From Mobula hypostoma (Eukaryota): a stretch of DNA of 64,000 nucleotides. The stretch covers positions 146,756,001 through 146,820,000 of the forward strand of contig NC_086097.1 of assembly GCF_963921235.1 (NCBI RefSeq). Direction: 5' to 3'. Under the pieces are notes generated by a model. That model did no database searches and was not told the origin of the DNA. It saw only the letters and a program-made list of their open reading frames with translations. A program made the position numbers and the translations under genes. Position 1 is the first letter of the stretch, and every line of letters begins with the position of its first letter. Below are positions 37,100-49,624 of this stretch, piece after piece.

Positions 37100-39665
37100 C
37101 TCCATCACCACCCCAAATAACCAGCTAAGGTACAGTCTCTGGAAAATAATACTGAAGACCTTAGAGAAAGATTGCAGAGGAACATCAGGCACAGGGCTTC
37201 CTGTCCACTGTATGGACAGGACCGTGCCACCAGCTAAAGGCAGAGGTAGTGGAATTTGCTTCACAATTAACTCTTTGTGGTGCACTGAAGTTGTGGTTCT
37301 TTCTCAGTCCTGTTCCCCCGAAATGGAATACCTGATGGTCAAGTATTATCCATTCTACCTGCTGTGGGAGTTCCCCACTGACGTCCTTCATACAGTGTAT
37401 ATTCCACTCTTGGCAGTCATCAGGCTGGAATTGGAGGAGCTGGGCACGGTAATCAACAGTCATGGGACAGTGCACCCTGATGCCTTCCTGATTATTGCGG
37501 GGTTTCCCTAACCGGAAACCTTGAATGAATTATGAGGTCAATTCCCTTTTAAAGGCTAGAGCTGCGGCTTTTAGGTTTGGGGATACCAGTCGCTACACGG
37601 AATCCAGGCGTGAACTTTGGAAAGCCATTAAGGGTCCAAGAGGCAATATCGAGCCAAGTTGGAAGCCCGGGCTAACCAGAGGGATGCCAGCAGACTATGG
37701 CAGGGTCTAAATGAGATCACTGGGTGCAAAGAAAAGGCAGGGAATATCAATAACTGTGGCGCTTCTCTTCCTGACAAACTTAACGTATTCTACGCAAGAT
37801 TCGAACAGAAGAGGAGCGTCTCGCTCCCTCCGGATGAACCGGACCTGGTGGCATCGAGATTCATCGTCACCGAGGAGGACATTAGAAGGGCCTTCTTGAA
37901 GACAAATCCAAGGAAGGCAACGGGCCCAGATGGCGGCCCAGGACGGGTTCTCCGGGCCTGTGCAAGCGAGCTAGCTGGAGTGTTTGCTGACATCTTCAAC
38001 TGCTCCTTGCTTCAGTCTAAGATCCCCTCGTGTTTTAAGAAGGCAACGATAATCCCAGTGCCGAAGAAGAGCAAGGTGGCATGCCTGAATGACTATCGAC
38101 CTGTGGCTCTGACATCAATTGCTATGAAGTGCTTCGAGAGATTGGTTATGGCACACATCAACCACAGCCTACCGGTCAACCTCGATGCTTTGCAATTCGC
38201 CTACCGGAGCACCAGATCAATGGCAGATGCCATCTCTCTGGCCCTACATTCCTCCTTAGAACACCTGGAGAATAAAGATGCATGCGTAAGGCTCCTTTTC
38301 ATTGACTACATCTCTGCCTTTAATACCATCATTCCAAATAAAATGATTCCTAAGCTCCGGAACCTGGGCCTTAGCACTCAGATCTGCAGCTGGATCTTCA
38401 GCTTCCTCACAGACAGGACCCAGGCTGTAAAAATAGGGGACAAGCTCTCCTCTACAATCACTCTGAGCACCGGTGCCCCACAAGTCTGTGTACTCAGCCC
38501 CCTGCTGTACTCACTGTACACCCATGATTGTGTAGCTAAGTGTCCATCGAACTCAATATACAAGTTTGCTGATGACACAACAATTGTAGGCTATATCTCG
38601 GGTAATGATGAGTTTGAGAACAGAGAGGAAATTAAGAACCTGGTGGCGTGGTGCGAAGACAATAACCTATCCCTCAACATCAGCAAGATGAAGGAATTGG
38701 TTGTTGACTTCAGAAGGAGTAGTGGACCGCATGACCCCATTTACATCAGTAGTGTGCAAGTGGAACAGGTCAAAAGCTTTAAGTTCCTCAGGGTCAATAT
38801 CACAAATGACTTGACTTGGTCCAACCAAGCAGAGTTCACTGCCAAGAAGGCCCACCAGCACCTTTACTTCCTGAGAAAACTAAAGTAATTTGGCCTGTCC
38901 CCTAAAACCCTCACTAATTTTTATAGATGCACCGTAGAAAGCATTCTTCTAGGGTGCATCACAACTTGGTATGGAAACTGTCCTGTTCAAGACGGAAAGA
39001 AGCTGCAGAAGATCGTGAACATGGCACAGCACATCACACAAACCAATCTTCTGTCCTTGGACTCACTTTACACCGCACGCTGTCGGAGCAGTGCTGCCAG
39101 GATAATCAAGGACACGACCCACCTAGCCAATACACTTTTCGTCCCTCTTCCCTCCAGGAGAAGGCTCAGGAGCTTGAAGACTCGTATGGCCAGATTTGGG
39201 AACAGCTTCTTTCTAACTGTGATAAGACTGCTGAAAGGATCCTGACCCGGATCTGGGCCGTACCCTCCAAATATCCAGACCTGCCTCTTGTTTTTTTTGC
39301 ACTACCTTACTTTCCATTTTTCTATTTTCTATTTATGATTTATAATTTAAATTTTTAATATTTACTAATTTTTACCATTTTTAATTTTTTTAAATATTTA
39401 ATCCAGGGAGCGGGAAGCGCAGAATCAAATATCGCTCTGATGATTGTACGTTCTAGTATCAATTGTTTGGCGACAATAAAGTATAAAGGATTTTACCCAG
39501 GACAGCTTGAAGAAGTCTCTGACCAACTACCACCAACATGTCACCTGTGTAACCAGAGAAGCCAACACACCATATCAATGTTACACCACCATCAAGAATC
39601 TTGCCATGCGATACCACACCTGACCTTTGGAAAGTCCAATCACCAGGCTGTACTTCTACACCAGG
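37100..39665 (+). mobile_element. Older Rex1/Babar endonuclease fragment split by a younger Rex1 copy
   Basis: DRT..KGRGSGICF..VYIP..IIAG (37212-37500) continues after 39488 as DF..SLKKSL..HQHVTC..FGKSNHQAVLL. Confidence 0.85.
37502..39487 (+). mobile_element. Young Rex1/Babar LINE, 5'-truncated, RT domain
   Basis: 409-aa ORF with NDYRPVALTSIAMKCFERLV, FID..SAFNTI, GAPQ.CVLSPLLYSLYT, KFADDT; one frameshift near 37636, stop at 38886; 3' UTR ends GACAATAAAGTATAAA. Confidence 0.95.
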
Positions 39666-39679
39666 CATATAGACAGAGA

Positions 39680-40285
39680 CAGAGAACCACCATGTCCGTG
39701 CACCATGAAGAGTTAATCATGAAACAAACAGCACTATCTCTGACTTGAAAGAAGGTTGTGACTTCAGTGCCCGGCTTCAGGTTCCGACCATACAAATTCT
39801 GAATGGGAATACCCGATAATTCCCTTGGGAGCTGCATGCAAAAAGCCACCACTCTCCAGCGCCACCTTGAAATTCTGGTTGCACGCTACCTGGTATGGGT
39901 CCTTTAGTGTATAGGATTGCAAGAAGTTGCAGACTCAACCAGCTCCATCACGGGCAAGACATTCCCCATCATCAAGGACATCTTCAGGGAGCGGATCCTC
40001 AGGAAGGCAGCATCCATCGTTAAGGAACTTCGCCATCAGAACATGGCCTCTTCTCATTACTACCATCAGGGAGCCCGAAAACCACATTCAACCATTTAGA
40101 AACAATCTCCTCTGCCATCAGATTTCTGAATGTCCATGAACTCATGAACAATACCTCAATATTCCTTTTTTTAAAAAATTCATTTACTTTTTATAGATTT
40201 TCTTTTACAGTTTTTGCACAGTACTGCTACTATAAATCAACATATTTCATGTTGTATGTGATAAGAAATGTGATTCTGGTAACTA
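39680..40285. mobile_element. Rearranged Rex1 pieces (inverted EN fragment, then forward 3' end)
   Basis: Minus strand VCFMINSSWCTDMVVL at 39680-39740; plus strand SSITGKTFPIIKDIFRERILRKAASIVK at 39917-40030. Confidence 0.7.
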
Positions 40286-40769
40286 GAAATTAGACTTTAT
40301 GCATTTTGGTATGCTAAGTGTGTTCTAGAATTTTTCATTATGTCTAATAGAGGATCATCAAAACTTTTCTGAAATTAGCATATCTTTACTTTACATTTTT
40401 TACATAACTCAATTTATCTCTCTCCATGAGCTGGACCTCCACAGTATCATACTGTAATTCAGATTTCTAGCAAATTTTGTGCGCTGCTTATTATAGATGC
40501 AATTATAGTCTTTCTTGTTTTTAAATTCCCTTTTCTCTTCCTATTTACACCTCTTCAAGATAATTTAGCTGTCATTAACAAGCCTTCTTCATTATCACTC
40601 AGTTGTCACTAATCCATGTCAGCCATTTTCTCTTATCTCACCCCTACACAGACAGTCCCTTGGTTCTTCCTGCCCTTCCTTCTTTTTCGGGACTTGCAAC
40701 ATGCCTCCTTTCTAAATTTTCACAGTTCTCATGAAAAGTCATTATTTCAGAAATATTAATTCTTTGATA

Positions 40770-40960
40770 GCCATTTATGCCCCACTTCTCCTGCCATCCA
40801 CTGACAGAGAGGGGCATTTACAGTAGCATGTCTTCAGAATATGGGTGGAAATCAGAGTATGCGGAGGAAGCTCATACAGTCACAACCTCTACACAGTCAG
40901 CACAAAAGTCAGATTCGAACCTCAGTCACTGGAGCTTTGTGGCATCAGCACTGCCTGATG
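40770..40960 (-). mobile_element. V-SINE relic
   Basis: Reverse V-domain ATGGGTGGAAATCAGAGTATGCGGAGGAAGCTCA and B-box-like TTCGAACC. Confidence 0.55.
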
Positions 40961-41879
40961 TATCATTATCAATAACCGTCCACAGCTTTTCAAAATGTAC
41001 GAAGAGAGTACTTAGGATCCAAGATGAAGCTTGTTCACTGAAGAATAAACAAAGCATTTTATCAATGAAACAGGTGTTCTTTGATTGCCCTTCTCATTGG
41101 AGAAAGAACTATCATTAATCACTTGTCATTTTGAAGTATTCTGTATTTCCTAATTCACTCTTTCATCTTCACGTTGAACAATTTCAGTGCATTGTCTAAT
41201 GACCCATTGATCACAATAACATTGAAATGTTTCTGATTGCATGCAAAATTTTAATAGAATGCAAGATAAGCTTTAAAAATTGTTAATTAAGGACACAATA
41301 CCAGTTGGAACTAGGAAGAACTGTGAAGGTTGAGAAATGTTACAGCCCATATATGTAGTGAAATAGACTACTTGTCATTTTCTTTGGGAGATTGGATATA
41401 AGAGCAGGAATTCACTGCTTGGATTGTATCTGGAGTATTGCTCATAGGATATATTGATCTAAAGGGAACTGGGTACAGAATTAATACAGTGGCTGTCTGC
41501 TGAAAGGTTAAGTGAAGAGGACGGATTGCTTTGACAAAGCTTACATTTCCTTTAGTGTGAAATGTGATGGTACCTGAAGTGATTGAAACTTTTGGTAAAA
41601 TACCCAGAGAAAGATCATTGAAGAATTTTTATAAAAGGAATATTACATGAAAATTAGAGCTTTTCCATTTAGATATGATAGAGGGAAGAACTTTTTCAGA
41701 TCTCATTTAGTTCTCCAATTTCCGCATGACTTGGAAAGAGGCCATATGACCTCTGGAGTCTGTGTTGTCTCTCAGAGCAATCCATCGGTCCCATTTCCCC
41801 TCTTATTTCCAAAAACCTATTTACTCTCCATACTCATACCATTACCACCCATCCACATTAGTAGTATTTTACCAAAAGA

Positions 41880-42050
41880 AAATTAACCAGCCGCACAGCA
41901 CGCCTTTTGGAATGTGGGAGAAAAGTAAAGAATCTGAAGGAAAGCCCCAAGGTTATGTGAGCAGGTGCACAAATTCCATGCAGACACCACCAGGAAATAA
42001 AATTATAACCAGAGTACAGCATTGGTGAGAAGACAGTGCAGCCTACAGTG
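41880..42050 (-). mobile_element. V-SINE relic
   Basis: TTTTGGAATGTGGGAGAAAA..GAAGGAAAGCCC..GTGCACAAATTCCA. Confidence 0.5.
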
Positions 42051-42149
42051 GGACTCAATGTGCAAATTAAAGACTGAAACTCCCAACTCTAAAATTTATC
42101 GAGGCTGGTTCAGTTGTAAATTTCAAAGCTGGGATTGATGGATCCTTTT

Positions 42150-43938
42150 AAGTCAGACAGAAACAGGTGAATTGATTATGGGGAACAAGAACATGGCAGA
42201 CCAATTGAATAAGTACTTTGGTTCTGTCTTCACTAAGGAGGACATAAATAATCTTCCAAAAATAGTAGGGGACAGAGGGTCTAGTGAGATGGAGGAACTG
42301 AGGGAAATACATGTTAGTAGGGAAGTGGTGTTAGGTAAATTGAAGGGATTAAAGGCAGATAAATCCCCAGGGCCAGATGGTCTGAATCCCAGAGGGCTTA
42401 AGGAAGTAGCCCAGGAAATAATGGATGCATTAGTGATAATTTTTCAAAACTCTTTAGATTCTGGACTAGTTCCTGAGGATTGGAGGGTGGCTAATGTAAT
42501 CCTGCTTTTTAAAAAAGAAGGGAGAGAGAAACCAGGGAATTATAGACCAGTTAGCCTAATGTCAGTGGTGGGGAAAATGCTAGAGTCAGTTATCAAAAAT
42601 GTGATAACAGCACATTTGGAAAGCGGTGAAATCATCAGACAAAGTCAGCATGGATTTGTGAAAGGAAAATCATGTCTGACGAATCTCATAGAATTTTTTG
42701 AGGATGTAACTAGTAGAGTGGATAGGAGAGAACCAGTGGATGTGGTATATTTGAATTTTCAAAAGGCTTTTGACAAGGTCCCACACAGGAGACTAGTGTG
42801 CAAACTTAAAGCACACGGTATTGGGGGTAAGGTGTTGATGTGGATAGAGAATTGGTTGGCAGACAGGAAGCAAAGAGTGGGAATAAACGGGACCTTTTCA
42901 GAATGGCAGGCAGTGACTGGTGGGGTACCGCAAGGCTCAGTGCTGGGACCCCAGTTGTTTACAATATATATTAATGACTTGGATGAGGGAATTAAATGCA
43001 GCATCTCCAAGTTTGCAGATGACACAAAGCTGGGCGGCAGTGTTAGCTGTGAGGAGGATGCTAAGAGGATGCAGGGTGATTTGGATAGGTTAGGTGAGTG
43101 GGCAAATTCATGGCAGATGCAATTTAATGTGGATAAGTGTGAGGTTATCCACTTTGGTGGCAAAAACAGGAAAATAGATTATTATCTGAATGGTGGCCGA
43201 TTAGGAAAAGGGGAGGTGCAACGAGACCTGGGTGTCATTATACACCAGTGTTTGAAAGTGGGCATGCAGGTACAACAGGCGGTGAAAAAGGCGAATGGTA
43301 TGCTGGCATTCATAACAAGAGAATTCAAGTACAGGAGCAGGGAGGTACTACTGCAGTTGTACAAGGCCTTGGTGAGACCACACCTGGAGTATGGTGTGCA
43401 GTTTTGGTCCCCTAATCTGAGGAAAGACATTCTTGCCATAGAGGGAGTACAAAAAAGGTTCACCAGATTGATTCCTGGGATGGCAGGACTTTCATATGAT
43501 GAAAGACTGGATCGACTAGGCTTGGAATTTAGAAGATTGAGGGGGGATCTTATTGAAACGTATAAAATCCTAAAGGGATTGGACAGGCTAGATGCAGGAA
43601 CATTGTTCCCGATGTTGGGGAAGTCCAGAACAAGGGGTCACAGTTTGAGGATAAAGGGGAAGCCTTTTAGGACCAAGATGAGGAAAAACTTCTTCACACA
43701 GAGAGTGGTGAATCTGTTGAGTTCTCTGCCACAGGAAACAGTTGAGGCCAGTTCATTGGCTATACTTAAGAGGGAGTTAGATATGGCCCTTGTGGCTTGA
43801 GGGATCAGGCGGTATGGAGGGAAGGCTGGTACAGGGTTCTGAGTTGGATGATCAGCCATGATCGTACTGAACGGCGGTGCAGGATTGAAGGGCCGAATGG
43901 CCTACTCCTGCACCTATTTTCTATGTTTCTATGTTTCT
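42150..43938 (+). mobile_element. Young CR1 LINE, 5'-truncated, uninterrupted 542-aa RT ORF (42172-43800)
   Basis: GNYRPVSL, FQKAFDKVPH, GVPQGSVLGP, KFADDTK; no endonuclease domain; (TTTCTATG)n tail. Confidence 0.97.
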
Positions 43939-44749
43939 AGATGTAACCAAGAAATATGGATACAGATGGATACATAAAATTGAGCTGTGGATCAGTTATC
44001 TGAGTGGCAGAGAGAATCTGAAGGAGTGATTATGTTAGAATATATTAGAATGTACTTCATAAGTAGACCATTCCTTTAGGCAAAAATTTTAGTTGTAAGT
44101 AGTGGGGCTGGATGTGAAAATACAAGACTTGTACATATGTTTGCATGAATTAGAAGATAAGGAGTGAATATTTTATTAAGACTAAGGTTAATCTTGTTGG
44201 CATATCGTTGGCCAATTATTGGGAATAATCGGCAACAAATATTGTTTAAGATTTGCTAAGCACTAGGAGTGTAGCTATTTCTTTCTGTGGAGATATACAG
44301 ACTGTTGTGTCCAGCAATATCCTAATAAATAGCTCCAATATTCAATCAACTGCTACAAGTAATCTAAGGAGCAAAATCTGAATGGGGGGGTCAATATGTA
44401 CAAGATATTCTTGTCCATGAAAATCATGGTTTGAAAAGTCCAATAACCATTTTGGTGAAATTAATGTTTTCTGATATATAAAGGAGGCATGGCTTTGATT
44501 GGTTAGTTTGTGTGCAGTTTGTAATCTTGCAGTTTGAAAATATGCTGAGGTGTAACATTCCAACCTCTCATCACCAGTTTTACAGGACTGAATTTTTCAA
44601 TGCTAACAATTGTGGACATGCACGCTTCTGTGTGTTTGTGAGTTTATTTGCAGGAACAGTAGCTTTCATTAAATGTAATGTCATATATCTATAGCTGCTT
44701 CACTGCGACAGAATCTGACAAAACCAATTCATCAGACTGATGAAAATAA

Positions 44750-44950
44750 ACAGTATAAAAAAACTGCAGCAGTTGGATATCTGAAATAATAGCAAAAAGT
44801 GATAGAAACAATCAGGCAGCATTTGTGGAATGAGAAACTGTTAATGTTCAGTGGGAATCTAAGTCCTGATGAAGGACCTTTGACAGAAACATTAATTATT
44901 TCTCTTTCTCTGCCTGAACTGATGAATGTCTCCAGTATTTTCTGTTCAGA
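44750..44950. mobile_element. Decayed inverted Penelope terminal repeats with hammerhead relic
   Basis: GTC-CTGATGA-AGGACCTTTGACA-GAAA-CATT at 44863-44893. Confidence 0.6.
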
Positions 44951-45019
44951 AAATGTTATCTGGTGGATTGATGCCTAGGTAGTAGGTTTGTTGTAGGAGG
45001 AGAATTTCTGCAGATGGGC

Positions 45020-45410
45020 CTAGTCTCATTAGTTAAAAAAAGAGAGCTGATCTCATTGATATGTATAAAATCCTTACTGGACCTGACATGGTAGGTACAG
45101 ATATGCTGTTTTCCTTGGCTACGGATCTAGAAACAGAGGTCACAGTCTCATAATATGAGGTCACTCATTCATTGCAGAAATAGAAAAAGACATTGCCACA
45201 CAGAGGATGGTGAATAGCATTCTTTACCGAAGAGGGCTGTGGAGGCACATCACTGAGTATATTCATGACAGAAAATGACAAATGTTAATGAAGGTGATAC
45301 TGTATACAATTAGGTCAGGAAAAAGATATTGTGGTAAAAGATCAACTATGGCATATTGAGTGACAGAGGAGAAAAATGAGGCTTCCAATCTTGCTTTTAT
45401 CTCTTATATT
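45020..45410 (+). mobile_element. Old CR1 3' relic
   Basis: RADLIDMYKILTGPD..SRNRGHSL. Confidence 0.7.
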
Positions 45411-45759
45411 TTTTTAAATTGCCACTAAACTAATGAATAAAGAATTATGACAGGCAATCATGAGCAAACAGGTAGATTCTGAGAAATATAGAGGATACAA
45501 AGATAGAGAACTTGTGAGCCTAGGATGCAAATCAAAGTGTAACAGTTCTCACCATCAATTCACAAGCTCCCAGATGTTTGGTTGGGTTAAGTAGACTGGA
45601 TGTGCCTTTTATATATCTAAATCTAGCAAGCTCAACTACCTTCTCCAGTGGCCAAAGAGTCATTCTCTAAATTGCAGTGTGCATTTCACGCAGGATATTT
45701 GGACATTATTGCTGTGTGGCAATATCAGAGAAATACTGGAGCTGCACCAGCCAATAAGT

Positions 45760-46740
45760 ATGACCTCTTTGGATGCCTTAAAGCCTTTAATTCTATCATT
45801 TAAGACAGACAGCAAGGTATATTGCTAAATCTGGCTGCCTGCAGAAATTCATCTCCATCTTTTTTTTCTTTACTGACAGCAAGTGTGTCATGACGTTAAT
45901 CACAGAACCAATCACAGTCCACAATGGCATCAAGCGAGGCTGCTCTATTGCACCAATGGCTTGCTTCTTTTTTTATCACTGCAGTACTGGACAGCTCCTC
46001 CCTCAGTTTCTTTTTCGGAGGAAACAATCTACAGAATAAATGGTAATTTATTCAACCTACATACATCATGCCCACTAAATTCACTTCAATATCACTCATC
46101 AAACCTCAACATGTAGATCATGCCTTGCATTTGTCACGTTGAATCATAGGAGAGAATTGGAGATACACTTAAACCTGCACAAAGCAAAAGTCTTCCAGCA
46201 ACTTTTACCCACTGCACAATAAATCTCCATGATGGGACTCTGGAAAACATTTATCACTTCAGATTTCTTGGGAGCAACCTCTCAGCAAAGGCAGTCTTTG
46301 ATGATCAAATTCATCAGACTTTGGCCTTTTGAGGAAAAAAAACTAAGATTCAGTCTTCAGACCTGGCACCGAGCTCGTGGTCCCTTCAGTAGCAGTGTTA
46401 TCTACCCTCTTGTACATTTCTGAGGCGAGTATGATCTACCACAAGCCTGTATTGGGCATGGCTGCATTAAGCTCTGTCTAGACCCTGAGTAGGCAAACAC
46501 CACAAAATGTTCTCATTAGTGAAAAGTGCCAGGCCATCTGTCCTTCGTATAAAAAATTTGTGCTGAGGCACATCACTGACCATATTCATTCAGGCACTGG
46601 TCAACACAGAATATCCTCACAACCATTCAGGGAAAGCTGATCGTGAATCCAGCCAGATATTTTCCCAGGGAGACTGTCAAAATGATTTGCTAAATATCTC
46701 ACCACCAGAATTTTCAAGCAAGTTACAAGACTCTACTTGA
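45760..46740 (+). mobile_element. Old RTE LINE RT relic
   Basis: KAFNSI, NGIKRGCSIAP, YRINGNLFNL, FLG..LS; heavily decayed. Confidence 0.7.
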
Positions 46741-46879
46741 CTAGTGGTAGGAAGAACCACTTGTATTAGATTCTTCGCGCAATACAGCACCAGTGCAAAC
46801 TGTTCTCATGGCACTTTCATTGGGAATGAGATCATCATCCATCTAGTAATAAAATGCACATTTGCCAAGAAGGTCTGGA

Positions 46880-47630
46880 GGGCGGAGCTTAAGATGGTGC
46901 CAGACGGTGACTTCTTCCAGTTCATCTGTGAAGCAGTTTAAATGCTTTTCCCTAATGCCACTTCTTTCCTTTTCAAGGTAGCTGGGGTCCTGTCAGAGTC
47001 CGTAATCTACAGCTGTACTCAAACTATGGTTCTTTATGGCTGTAGCTTCCTGCTCTTGGAGCTCGCTGGATGGCCTAGCGTTTTTCGATATCTCCAGGAG
47101 CAGCCTGGAAGACCAGTGCCTTTGGGGTGCAATTCTGCGGCCCTGTGGATGACCCCATTCCTTAATGATGTTGCCAACCGAAGTGCTGTGGGAGATTGGA
47201 ACATCGAGACAGTAGTGTACGGTGCTGTCGAAATAAGTGACGCTGCAGACTGTAACACTGAAACAGAACTGTTGATCTCCCTCTTTCTGTGGCAGGAGTG
47301 GTAACTCTCTCTACATTGTTAGTGAGAGAGCGCTTGTGGCATGTCGAACTGTTTGGATGAACAATGTTATTTTGGATGCACTGTAGATCATTGTGTCTTT
47401 GGGGGCTTTGCTATTGTTGCATGGTGGGTTCTGAGGGGCTGAGGTAGGTGGGGGAGAGAGAGGAGGGAGGTTTGATGCTTTGTTGCCATTTGTGCATGGG
47501 AGAGGGAGGGGGTCTTTGAGGTTCTAATGTTTTCCTTGGGGGTTTTCTTCTATTTTGTGGAAGATTGTGAAGAGAAAGAATTTCAGATTGTATACTGTAT
47601 ACATTCTCAGATCTTGAATGGAACCATTCA
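46880..47630 (+). mobile_element. Non-autonomous retroposon, 5' AAGATGG motif
   Basis: Starts GGCGGAGCTTAAGATGGTGCC, ends GAATTTCAGATTGTATACTGTATACATTCTC..GAACCATT; no real ORF. Confidence 0.55.
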
Positions 47631-47917
47631 TTGAAGGGGGTGCTGGGAATGATTCTAAATTATAGTTTCTTGGAACAGTTTGATACAATTGCCTGCCTTC
47701 CGAGGCTGTGTCAGAAGAAAGAGTAAAGGTTATATGGTCGGCACAACATTGTGGACTGAAGGGCCTGTAATGTGCTGTAGATCTCTATCTATGTTCTATG
47801 AAAACCAGACAAGGTAAGGACACCTCCAGATTCCCTCCTCTAAAACATACGAGTGAACAGCGTTTTCTTTTAAGACTTTTTGCATGTCTTACCATTATTA
47901 TCACTGATACTGGATTA

Positions 47918-48762
47918 TTAAGACCATAAGACCATAAGACAAAGGAGCAGAAGTAGGCCATTCGGCCCATCGAGTCTGCTCCGCCATTTTTATCATGAGC
48001 TGATCCATTTTCTCCTATTTAGTCCCACTCCCCTGCCTTCTCACCATAACCTTTGATGCCCTGGCTACTCAGATACCTATCAATCTCCACCTTAAATACA
48101 CCCAATGACTTGGCCTCCACTGCTGCCCATGGCAACAAATTCCATAGATTCACCACCCTCTGACTAAAAAAATTTCTTCACATTTCTGTTCTGAAAGGGC
48201 GCCCTTCAATCCTTAAGTCATGCCCTCTCGTACTAGACTCCCCCATCATGGGAAACAACTTTGCCACATCCACTCTGTCCATGCCTTTTAACATTCGAAA
48301 TGTTTCTATGAGGTCTCCCCACATTCTCCTAAACTCCAAGGAATACAGTCCAAGAGCGGACAAATGTTCCTCATATGTTAACCCTCTCATTCCCAGAATC
48401 ATTCTAGTGAATCTTCTCTGTACCCTCTCCAACGTCAGCACATCCTTTCTTAAATAAGGAGACCAAAACTGCCCACAGTACTCCAAGTGAGGTCTCACCA
48501 GCGCCTTATAGAGCCTCATCATCACATCCCTGCTCCTATACTCTATTCCTCTAGAAATGAATGCCAACATTGCATTCGCCTTCTTCACTACTGACTCAAC
48601 CTGGAGGTTAACTTTAAGGGTATCCTGTACGAGGACTCCCAAGTCCCGTTGCATCTCAGAACTTTGAATTCTTTCCCCATTTAAATAATAGTCTGCCCGT
48701 TTATTTTTTCTGCCAAAGTGCATAACCATACACTTTCCAACATTGTACTTCATTTGCCACTT
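47918..48762 (-). mobile_element. Young CR1 3' fragment, same subfamily as 13700-15941
   Basis: 191-aa ORF nearly identical to the 14933-15655 product; identical (TCTTATGG)n tail. Confidence 0.95.
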
Positions 48763-49624
48763 TGATTTATTATTTGATCAAGAGTTAAATTTCACAGCTG
48801 AAGTATGGTTCGGGAATGTTATTCCAGCCAGACCGCCACTAATGCCACCATTCCATTGAACTAAAACAAAGCTATTCGTTTCATGTTTTTTTAAAAATTC
48901 TTTTTCCCTGCCAGTTGTATTGGCTTTTAAACATACTGTGTCTTGTGCTCATCTTTTATTCAACTCTCTCAGTGTCCTGTTATTTTCCTTCCATTTAATC
49001 AACTCCTGTCCATCATTTTGCAAATAATTCTACTCCTTTTCTTGTGGGTCTGTATGATTTATTTTTGCCAGGGTAATCCTTTTAATTAATATCCACCATT
49101 GTAGAACGACCGAAGGCAAGAAAGATAAACTATTCCCTCTGGCAGATTTATACATAATAATCAGTTTATAATCTGGTGAAATATTGGGGTGGTACTATGT
49201 GGGAAGGCCACCTTTCAGACTAGATGTTAAACATCCCTCCTGCTCCCTCAGGTAAATGTTCCTATGTTCTTATTTTGAAGAAGACTAGGCAAGTTATCTA
49301 CTGGCCAATATTTATTCCTCATACAGATAACTTGGCTATAAACCCATTGCTGTTTGTAGGAGCATGTGGTGTTCAGGTTGGCTGCCTCATTTCCTATAAA
49401 ACAGTAACCTTTACATTATTATTTCTTCATTGCCTGTAAATCATATTGGGAGTTTCTGAAATGGATTTGAAATATACTACAGAAATATAAACCCTTTTTT
49501 TCATTCTGCTTGACTTCCAGTGCTTTCTGTTTATTTCTAATGGACTGATTTGTTTTGCTGCTGAAAAACAAGTTTCATGTCCTATACAGTATATCAGTGA
49601 TAATAAACCTGATTCTGATTAATT

